The notes under the pieces are model-generated. The model did not search any database. It was not told the DNA's origin and saw only the letters and a program-made list of their open reading frames with translations. Below, in pieces: positions 8,918 through 16,363 of a stretch of 64,000 nt of DNA. Numbering within the stretch: the stretch's first letter is position 1; every line of letters begins with the position of its first letter. The position numbers and the translations under genes are program-made. This DNA is from Fibrobacterales bacterium (GTDB lineage Bacteria; Fibrobacterota; Fibrobacteria; Fibrobacterales; JAOPTW01): assembly GCA_051532055.1 (NCBI GenBank), contig JAOPTX010000007.1, positions 128,001-192,000 of the forward strand. The letters run 5' to 3'.

Positions 8918-10699
8918 ATGAACACATTTGCAGAAAGCGAACTGCGCAGCGAGATCCTCGAAGGAATAGCGGAACTCGGATTTGAAAAGCCAACACCGAT
9001 TCAAGCAGAATCGATCCCCCACGTCCTCCATTCAGACCAGGACCTCATAGCATTTGCACAGACCGGTACTGGTAAAACTGCTGCATTTGGACTCCCTTCA
9101 GTACAGCTTACTGATGTGAAAGACAAACAGACACAGACTATCATTCTCTGCCCCACTCGGGAGCTCTGTAATCAGATCACAAAAGATTTAAAAAACTTCT
9201 GTAAATATATTCGCGGCCTCAATGTGGTTGCAGTATACGGCGGAGCGAGTATTGAAACACAAATTAAAGAGATTAAACGAGGTGCACAAATTGTAGTGGG
9301 CACCCCAGGAAGAACAAACGACCTATTGCGTCGTAAGGTTCTCAAGCTCGGAAGTATCAAAAGACTCATTTTAGATGAAGCTGATGAAATGCTTAACATG
9401 GGCTTTAAAGAAGAACTCGATTCTATCCTCGAGACCATTCCTGATACTCGTCAAACACTCCTCTTCTCTGCAACTATGCCGAAGGGAATTGTTTCAATCA
9501 CAAAAAAATACATGGACAACCCATTAGAGATCTCAGTTGCAGCAAAAAATACTGGTGCGACAAATGTAACGCATCACTACTACATGGTACAAGCGAAAGA
9601 TCGCTATGAAGTACTCAAACGTATTGCAGATAAAAACCCAAATATTTATGGCATAGTTTTTTGTCGTACGCGTCGGGAAACTCAAGAAGTAGCAAGCAAA
9701 CTTATTGGTGACGGCTACAATGCTGATGCACTCCATGGCGACCTCTCACAGGGCATGCGTGATGAGGCAATGGATAAATTCAGAAAAGGTCACCTCCAAC
9801 TTCTTGTCGCTACCGATGTAGCAGCACGTGGTTTGGATGTAAATAGTTTGACTCACGTCATTAACTACAACTTACCTGATGATGCAGAAATCTATACACA
9901 CCGTAGTGGTAGAACTGGACGCGCCGGTAACCATGGTACTTCAATTGTTATTATTCATAGCCGTGAAAAAAGACGTATCCAAGAAATTGAGAAAATGTCA
10001 AAAATTACATTCTCGAAAGAACTCGTTCCTACTGGACAAGAAGTATGTCAAGCACAACTCTATTCACTTATTGATACCGTAAAAAAAGTTGAAGTAAGCA
10101 CCAAACAGATAGAACCATTTCTTGATACCATTTATAATAAACTTGAAAGCCTCAGTCGTGAAGAACTTATTCAACACTTTGTTTCAGCTGAATTCAACCG
10201 CTTTTTAAAATACTATAAAAACGCGCGCGATATCAATGTTGAAGAAAGCTCTCGTAGAGACAAGAACCCACGAGACAAAAAATCAAAAGAAGAAAAGCGC
10301 AGCAACACTGACTTCGCAGCCATTAAAATCAATGTTGGCCGAGAAGAAAAAATCAACCCCGCACAGTTAATGGGCCTCGTAAATGAAGCACTAAACAGTG
10401 GACAAGTTGAAATCGGGCGTATTGCCATTCAAGATAATGCAACACTCTTTGAAGTAGATAAAAAACATCACAGTGAACTTATGAACGTTCTTGGTGAATT
10501 CTATTTCAACGATGAACCTCTCCAAGTACAAGAAATCAGCGAAATGCCTGAAGGGCGTCCTCGTGGTCGTTCTGGTGGTGGCGGTTTCAAAAGTGGCGGA
10601 TCTCGTAGTGGTGGTGGCGGAAGACGTGATGGCGGCCGGAGTGGTGGCGGTGACCGAAGCAGATCTAAAGGCCCTCGTGGCGATAAGAGAAGAAATTAG
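8918..10699 (+). CDS. deaD: DEAD-box RNA helicase, DeaD/CsdA-like, with C-terminal RNA-binding domain and Gly/Arg tail
   Basis: Q motif, AQTGTGKT, PTREL, DEAD, SAT, ARGLD, HRSGRTGRAG; DbpA-like RBD (INVGREEKINP) and RGG-rich tail. Confidence 0.9.
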   Translation: MNTFAESELRSEILEGIAELGFEKPTPIQAESIPHVLHSDQDLIAFAQTGTGKTAAFGLPSVQLTDVKDKQTQTIILCPTRELCNQITKDLKNFCKYIRGLNVVAVYGGASIETQIKEIKRGAQIVVGTPGRTNDLLRRKVLKLGSIKRLILDEADEMLNMGFKEELDSILETIPDTRQTLLFSATMPKGIVSITKKYMDNPLEISVAAKNTGATNVTHHYYMVQAKDRYEVLKRIADKNPNIYGIVFCRTRRETQEVASKLIGDGYNADALHGDLSQGMRDEAMDKFRKGHLQLLVATDVAARGLDVNSLTHVINYNLPDDAEIYTHRSGRTGRAGNHGTSIVIIHSREKRRIQEIEKMSKITFSKELVPTGQEVCQAQLYSLIDTVKKVEVSTKQIEPFLDTIYNKLESLSREELIQHFVSAEFNRFLKYYKNARDINVEESSRRDKNPRDKKSKEEKRSNTDFAAIKINVGREEKINPAQLMGLVNEALNSGQVEIGRIAIQDNATLFEVDKKHHSELMNVLGEFYFNDEPLQVQEISEMPEGRPRGRSGGGGFKSGGSRSGGGGRRDGGRSGGGDRSRSKGPRGDKRRN

Positions 10700-10724
10700 A
10701 CTCTCTGTATAGATTTAAAATATC

Positions 10725-10759
10725 AAAAAAATGCCTCGGACTACTCCGAGGCATTTTTT
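10725..10759. terminator. Bidirectional intrinsic terminator between the convergent helicase and S8 protease genes
   Basis: AAAAAAATGCCTCGGA-ctac-TCCGAGGCATTTTTT; the protease stop codon lies in the loop. Confidence 0.85.
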
Positions 10760-12417
10760 ATTTCTGCCTTAAGCCTCCAACCCTTCCCCTGAACCTCTCC
10801 ATTGGTAACAAACCACAGTAAGGTGTAGTTACTCCAAGAGTTCAACTCTGGAGGAGTCTTAGGTCCACTAAACCGAGCAATCAAATCTCCATTGGTTTTT
10901 TCTCCATTAAAAAAATAGAGCCCATCTGTTTTCGATTCGGTATCAAATTCTAAGAAGGTAAATTTAAATATTTTCCCTGGGGGAGCAATAAATTGCCATC
11001 TACAATCACTCTGCGCATTATAGGAATGCTCATTACTCCCATCTGTAATAATGGTATCAGTCATAATAGTCACAGTATTGCTACAATACAAAGCGCTCGA
11101 ATCAATAGTAGTCGTTGAATATTGAAGCGTAAAGTAATCACTCTTACTTGTTGTCGAAAGGTATCTAATATCAAATTGGTTCCCATGTATCACTAATGGC
11201 TTATCCCATTCATACAACGAAACAGAAAGCTCTTCAATTGGCTTTTTATTCTGATAACTATTAATAGTGAAGCGTATATCAGGTGATCCACTCTCTACCA
11301 TTTGTGGGTAGAGGACAATCCCCGGTACAACCCCCGGAATATCAATAGACCACTCAATCTCGGGCTGATACCCAGGGTTTTTGTGTAACACTCCTTTGCT
11401 ACTTACAAGAGAATATTTTTTATGAGGCTTAGCAACCATTATACCACACTCAACTGCATCTACAGGACTCACCACACCGGTGCCCAACTTCCCAATCAGA
11501 CTTTTATTTTGACTGTCCACACTTTGTGCACTATTTATTAAACAATTATGCTGCTCCATTCTCGTAAAAGTTGGGTGTTTCAATTTAATAAGTGCAGCCA
11601 CGGCAGCAATATATGCAGCAGCCATAGATGTTCCAGAGCGAGAGAGTACCGACGTTGTATCACTACTCCCCGCAGAAAAAATAGAATCGCCTGGTGCCGC
11701 AATATCAACATACGCACCATATGATGCATCCTTTAACTTCTTCCTTTTTTCATCTACAGCAGTCACTGCAACAACACCAGGATAGACTGCAGGATAATAT
11801 TGTTGCTCATCTGAAAAATTTGCTACTGACGCAACGAGGGTTACACCTTGCTGCTGCGCATAAAGCAGTACCTCTTTCTCTGCTTGAGTAGCTTTTGCAA
11901 CACTCCAAGCACAAAGGATAATATCAGCACCTGTTTTTACCGCATATTTTATTCCCTTGAAGCCATGCTTAATGTGAGTCTTGTCTGCATTATCCGAAAG
12001 TGCTTTCACAGGAAGAATTTTGACAACACTTTTACTGGTTTTCAACAATGCTTTATCCAAAACTTGACCTATTACACCAGCTACATGAGTCCCATGGTAC
12101 AACTGCGCTCTCTTTTGCGATGAAGGCTTTACATTATCATCCCAATCAGAAACATCCCAGCCCCAAAGGTCATCTACCGCCCCATTGCCATCATCATCTT
12201 TTCTATTGAATGGAACTTCATTCGTATTTTTCCAGATATACTCTTTTAACAAAGTATGGTTTACATTAAAGCCGTCATCTACAATTGCAATGACAATAGT
12301 ATCACTTTGTGTAACAGGAATATTGAGAGTTGGTATCTGAGCCAACCAATAAGGAATTACTTCAGCAGCCCCAATGTTGGCGCTCCAAAATAGGAATATA
12401 AAGGAAAAATATTTCAT
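10741..12417 (-). CDS. Secreted S8 (subtilisin-like) serine protease with C-terminal CUB domain
   Basis: Signal peptide; catalytic triad IAIVDDG / HGTHVAG / SGTSMAA; DDDGNGAVDD insert; CUB pattern C...Y.AQSDCRW.F.AP.G..F.F.F.EFDTE...D.L..F.G......RFSG...P.......L.F.T.....KGW. Confidence 0.9.
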   Translation of the reverse strand: MKYFSFIFLFWSANIGAAEVIPYWLAQIPTLNIPVTQSDTIVIAIVDDGFNVNHTLLKEYIWKNTNEVPFNRKDDDGNGAVDDLWGWDVSDWDDNVKPSSQKRAQLYHGTHVAGVIGQVLDKALLKTSKSVVKILPVKALSDNADKTHIKHGFKGIKYAVKTGADIILCAWSVAKATQAEKEVLLYAQQQGVTLVASVANFSDEQQYYPAVYPGVVAVTAVDEKRKKLKDASYGAYVDIAAPGDSIFSAGSSDTTSVLSRSGTSMAAAYIAAVAALIKLKHPTFTRMEQHNCLINSAQSVDSQNKSLIGKLGTGVVSPVDAVECGIMVAKPHKKYSLVSSKGVLHKNPGYQPEIEWSIDIPGVVPGIVLYPQMVESGSPDIRFTINSYQNKKPIEELSVSLYEWDKPLVIHGNQFDIRYLSTTSKSDYFTLQYSTTTIDSSALYCSNTVTIMTDTIITDGSNEHSYNAQSDCRWQFIAPPGKIFKFTFLEFDTESKTDGLYFFNGEKTNGDLIARFSGPKTPPELNSWSNYTLLWFVTNGEVQGKGWRLKAEIKNASE

Positions 12418-12428
12418 ATGACTAAATT

Positions 12429-12460
12429 AAAAAAGATCCTGTATTTCTACAGGATCTTTT
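12429..12460 (-). terminator. Intrinsic terminator/attenuator between the collagen-like gene and the protease gene
   Basis: Perfect 13-bp stem AAAAGATCCTGTA-tttc-TACAGGATCTTTT with a U-tract on the minus strand. Confidence 0.8.
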
Positions 12461-12480
12461 CAGGTTTACATTGAATTCTA

Positions 12481-13854
12481 CTATTGAGTAATCAAATTAA
12501 TATTTTCACTACCACCTTTAGCACCTAACTGCCTTCGTGTCAAGCCAGGACCACTACCAGGGTGCACCGCTACACGACCTCTAAGATCAGGAAGTGCAAA
12601 TACCGTTCTACCATCACCACCGTAGGTAGTTCCAAGAAGGGAAAATACGGCGCTATATTGAGAAATTGCCATCAATTGGCCATCACACAATGCCCAACCA
12701 CGTGGTGCAAAGTTCCCTGCAAACATTATTATTTCTGCAAGAAATGGGTCAGAGCTATTTCGAGATGGAAATGTTCCTTGTAACGCAATTATATAGTTTA
12801 CCCCAAGCCATGGTTGCATATTGTCATATGTCGATTGATAGTTTGTAGGTTTTTTAGCAATCCAGTTATCACTCTCCCAGGTAAGAACCTCACCATCTTC
12901 ACTCCCATCAACAACTGTTGTGCCACCTGTACCTGCAGGACCAATATCTCCCTGTGGACCTTGAGGTCCAGCGATTCCGCGCTCGCCTTGGTCACCTTTT
13001 GCACCAGGAAGACCATCAACACCAGCAACGCCACGGTCACCTTTTGCACCAGGAAGGCCATCTACACCACCAACACCACGGTCACCTTTTGCACCAGGAA
13101 GGCCATCAACACCAGCAACTCCACGGTCGCCTTTTGCACCAGGAAGGCCATCAACACCAGCAACTCCACGGTCACCCTTTACACCAGGAAGACCATCAAC
13201 ACCGTCAATTCCAGGGTTACCCTGATCACCTTTGTCACCAGCAGCTCCTGATTGTCCAACAGAGAAAGGCTTAAACACATCATCATCATAAATATATGAT
13301 ATAGCATCAATTGTATGATAAAATGCTTCACCACTATTTGCTATGGCAGGAAAGGCATTAAGATCACCAAGCCAATGAACCACTGATCCTTCCTCTTTAA
13401 AAACTTTCATCTCAAAAAGTGACGAACCCCATTGAGTTGCACGAGTGACACAAACAATACGAATATACTGAGCCAAACCAAACTGCTGTACTATTTCATC
13501 AGTACCCCCATTTGAGTTTGTTGTAGAATAAACCGCACTTCCCCAATTGCTCCCATCGTTCGAAAGATAAATTTCATAGCCTTGGGCAAAGGCAGATTCC
13601 CAATTTAGCTCAATCTTATCAATAGCATACGATTGCTGGAGGTCAACAGTTAACCACTCCCCATCAAGGAATTGTGAAGACCATCGTGTATTGTCAATCC
13701 CATCAAATGCCTTGCTTGCTGATAGGGCCCCTGATTCAATACTTGAAGCTGTTGCCGGCTTATTCAATGAAACAAGTGTATAGTTTTGTGCAAATGAAAG
13801 CGAAGCAGCAATAACCACCCCAACTCCCATACGTTTTATATGTGTAAATAACAT
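12481..13854 (-). CDS. Secreted F5/8 type C (discoidin) - collagen triple helix - phage tail-collar (Mdp-like) protein
   Basis: Signal peptide (SLSFA|Q); F5/8C motifs ATASS..AFDG..TRWSS..EWLTVDL..WE; 37 Gly-X-Y triplets; collar motifs FAGNFAPRGWALCDGQ...LLGTTYGGDG...LPDLRGR. Confidence 0.9.
   Translation of the reverse strand: MLFTHIKRMGVGVVIAASLSFAQNYTLVSLNKPATASSIESGALSASKAFDGIDNTRWSSQFLDGEWLTVDLQQSYAIDKIELNWESAFAQGYEIYLSNDGSNWGSAVYSTTNSNGGTDEIVQQFGLAQYIRIVCVTRATQWGSSLFEMKVFKEEGSVVHWLGDLNAFPAIANSGEAFYHTIDAISYIYDDDVFKPFSVGQSGAAGDKGDQGNPGIDGVDGLPGVKGDRGVAGVDGLPGAKGDRGVAGVDGLPGAKGDRGVGGVDGLPGAKGDRGVAGVDGLPGAKGDQGERGIAGPQGPQGDIGPAGTGGTTVVDGSEDGEVLTWESDNWIAKKPTNYQSTYDNMQPWLGVNYIIALQGTFPSRNSSDPFLAEIIMFAGNFAPRGWALCDGQLMAISQYSAVFSLLGTTYGGDGRTVFALPDLRGRVAVHPGSGPGLTRRQLGAKGGSENINLITQ
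12990..13203. repeat. Coding tandem repeat, 45-bp unit, about 4.7 copies (GDRGVAGVDGLPGAK)
   Basis: Units start at 12991, 13036, 13081, 13126 and 13171 (gtcaccttttgcaccaggaag...), with mostly synonymous differences. Confidence 0.95.
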
Positions 13855-14143
13855 TGTATCCTCCCAATGAACTCATGAGCATCTCTCAAGATTCTCTATT
13901 AAGCTGTTACTGTGATTCACAAAGATAACCCTGTTAAAAATTCACATTTGTAAACTATATGTTAACAAACGCTACCAAGAAGTATTCAATTATAACGTTA
14001 TATGAAATCTAACGAAGACCTATACTATTTCACTCTTAATTACCCAAAAAGAGCGATGAGCACCCCACCTCGAATCAATTCAACTAACCATTTCAAGTTT
14101 GGTATTTCTGAACGTTTTAACCTCTCTTTAGTATAACTATTAG

Positions 14144-14176
14144 AAAACCGCCTTGGATCACTCCGAGGCAGTTTTT
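14144..14176 (-). terminator. Intrinsic terminator-like hairpin after the 14199-15170 gene
   Basis: Minus strand AAAAACTGCCTCGGA-gtga-TCCAAGGCGGTTTT. Confidence 0.7.
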
Positions 14177-14198
14177 AATGATTATACAATGAAGCATG

Positions 14199-15170
14199 TT
14201 ATTGCCCTATACGAATACCAATCTCAAAGCCCGGCCAATGGTGTACATCATCATGATCTTGCGTATATTCATCTGTCCAAGGTGCCGTAAGGGCTCCATT
14301 ACCATGAGTCCACAATCCATTATAAGTAACCCCTCCAAACAATCCGACTTTATTTAAAAGTTGCATACCGATACGAGCTTTAATTTGCCCGAGAGAGTTA
14401 TGACGCCAGTCATTTCTATCCCAGTCATCATCTTTTCGAGTTAATACGGTATGCTTATCCATGATCAAGCTCCCATGCATTTCAACTTCCGTATATACGC
14501 GCCCCATTTCCTTATGATATCCAACACCCATTCCCAATGAGTAGGGGTTCGTTTCACTATCAAAGGTATAGCCAATACTATAAGATGTGAATAGTGTTTT
14601 GCCCGATGCAAATGTCAAGCGATTCATCCCCGATTCGTCAGCGCTATAATCAACATGAAATAGCCCATTATCTGCAATAGTTAACAATGCAAATGAATAA
14701 CCATCAATATGATCAGCTATATTAAGCATACCAATCTGTCCACCCACAATAGTATCTACTACATTTACATTACCAATTTGTATCCCTTCAACATATTGTG
14801 CACTATTAATTGTTCCAAAAATCTGCCCGCCTTCAACTCGTTTAGCATAATTTGCAAAAGCAAAGAGCTGGTATCCTCTAATAGTCCCTCCAACATGGTT
14901 ATACCCCGACGTCAGTTGGAAATCCTCTAAATCGCCTAACGCAATATTTGAAACAAGTGACACCTGTGAACCTGATACATTTTCTGTAGCAACATTACTC
15001 AAAGCAGAAATTTGGGTAGACTGGTTCTTACACTCACTATAAGTATAATACCACGTTTTATCGACGCGCTTTTCGCCACAGGGTGATACTGATTCGGTAT
15101 TTGTTGCAGTTCCAGCTACAGCACATACAGCTGTAATAAGGAGTGTAGTGACTATTGGTAGTATTTTCAT
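14199..15170 (-). CDS. Exported protein with LA_2272-like beta-solenoid repeats and a beta-barrel-like C-terminus
   Basis: Signal peptide; repeats of G.Q(L/I)...N.A..V.G.QIG..N; alternating beta-strand C-terminal region ending GFEIGIRIGQ. Confidence 0.65.
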   Translation of the reverse strand: MKILPIVTTLLITAVCAVAGTATNTESVSPCGEKRVDKTWYYTYSECKNQSTQISALSNVATENVSGSQVSLVSNIALGDLEDFQLTSGYNHVGGTIRGYQLFAFANYAKRVEGGQIFGTINSAQYVEGIQIGNVNVVDTIVGGQIGMLNIADHIDGYSFALLTIADNGLFHVDYSADESGMNRLTFASGKTLFTSYSIGYTFDSETNPYSLGMGVGYHKEMGRVYTEVEMHGSLIMDKHTVLTRKDDDWDRNDWRHNSLGQIKARIGMQLLNKVGLFGGVTYNGLWTHGNGALTAPWTDEYTQDHDDVHHWPGFEIGIRIGQ

Positions 15171-15391
15171 GATTATGTCCTTTTCTTTTTTCTACCCTTT
15201 AGACACTTGGGACTCACCATAGTGTCACTTTATTTAGTTAATATAAAATAGCTCTACAGAATTCATTCTACAAAGTTGAAAAAGCGCCTTCGAAGTTGTA
15301 ATTATCAAATCAAATTTGTGAGTTCACCCTCTAGATCATCTATATTTTCCCCAAACAACAAGGTACAGTCCCTTAAAATAAAGAGGAAATT

Positions 15392-15550
15392 ATGAACGTA
15401 GATCAACATCTTAAAGTAGCACAATGGCACGTAGAACAGGCACGTCTTCACGCATCAACTGAGCACAAATGTGGATGTCCTCTCAGCACTGAGCATGAAA
15501 ATGCAATTAAAGCTGTTGAAGAAGGACTTATTAAGGAAGAGTCTCACTAA
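15392..15550 (+). CDS. Small His/Cys-containing protein (52 aa), possible metal-binding peptide
   Basis: Absent from the ORF track. AAGAGG RBS; MNVDQHLKVAQWHVEQARLHASTEHKCGCPLSTEHENAIKAVEEGLIKEESH*; followed by its own terminator. Confidence 0.75.
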   Translation: MNVDQHLKVAQWHVEQARLHASTEHKCGCPLSTEHENAIKAVEEGLIKEESH

Positions 15551-15577
15551 GAGCTTGCTTAATCTTTATGGCATATT

Positions 15578-15609
15578 AAAAGGCACGTGTTTTTCACGTG
15601 CCTTTTTTT
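15578..15609 (+). terminator. Intrinsic terminator after the small protein gene
   Basis: AAAAGGCACGTG-ttttt-CACGTGCCTTTTTTT. Confidence 0.85.
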
Positions 15610-15664
15610 GTTATTTTGGGTATACTCATTTGAGAACATTGAGAAACGATACTAAGGCATTCCT

Positions 15665-16225
15665 ATGGATTACCATACTAAATCTGGCATAACAGAATAT
15701 ATTGCACTCGCTAAAGGGTATGATGGAACGGAGATTATTGAAGCCCTCTGCCACCATATTCCAGAAACTGCTCAAGTGTTAGAGCTCGGAATGGGTCCAG
15801 GGGTCGATTTTAAAATTCTATCACAATACAATCCTACCACAGGGTCAGATAATTCAAAAGCATTTATAGAGCGATATCAACAAATAGATCCCTATGCAGA
15901 TCTTATAGTTCTCGATGCAGTCGCTATGAATACATCACGTATTTTTGATGCGCTCTACTCCAATAAAGTACTGCATCATTTAAAACAACATGAGCTCATG
16001 AAATCTTTTGACAATCAATCAAAAGTCCTCAATAGTGGCGGAGTAATTTGTCACAGTTTTTGGAAAGGCTCCCATGATGAGCACATGCACGGGCTTTATT
16101 TTAATTATCATACCCCCGAAGAAATAGAAGAACTCCTCTCCAATAAGTACCGTATTCTTGAAGTAACGGCATTTAGTGAAATGGATGACAATGACTCATT
16201 CTTTATCATAGCACAAAAAAAATAG
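15665..16225 (+). CDS. Class I SAM-dependent methyltransferase
   Basis: VLELGMGPG motif I, TGSDNS motif II, FDALYSNKVLHHL. Confidence 0.85.
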   Translation: MDYHTKSGITEYIALAKGYDGTEIIEALCHHIPETAQVLELGMGPGVDFKILSQYNPTTGSDNSKAFIERYQQIDPYADLIVLDAVAMNTSRIFDALYSNKVLHHLKQHELMKSFDNQSKVLNSGGVICHSFWKGSHDEHMHGLYFNYHTPEEIEELLSNKYRILEVTAFSEMDDNDSFFIIAQKK

Positions 16226-16363
16226 ACACACATCACGGCATCACTTTAGTACTGTAGACACTATCTTTTAACCGATAAAACACTATCCCATTTATTTTGC
16301 TGTTTCATTTTACGAGTTTTGATATTTCCTATTGAAGTAACCGCTTAATACTATATTTCCCCC

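Noticed and set aside
12481..12825. Prophage or tailocin suggested by the tail-collar domain
   Set aside because: No other phage structural, integrase or lysis genes nearby; the protein has a Sec signal peptide.
12990..13203. CRISPR-like array
   Set aside because: The units are contiguous 45-bp coding repeats with no unique spacers, and no cas genes are present.
12814..13274. His/Gln-rich and Thr-rich plus-strand ORFs (12918-13274, 12814-13251)
   Set aside because: Antisense shadows of the collagen repeat.
15471..15692. 73-aa ORF from the track
   Set aside because: It overlaps the better-supported 52-aa ORF in another frame and runs through a terminator.
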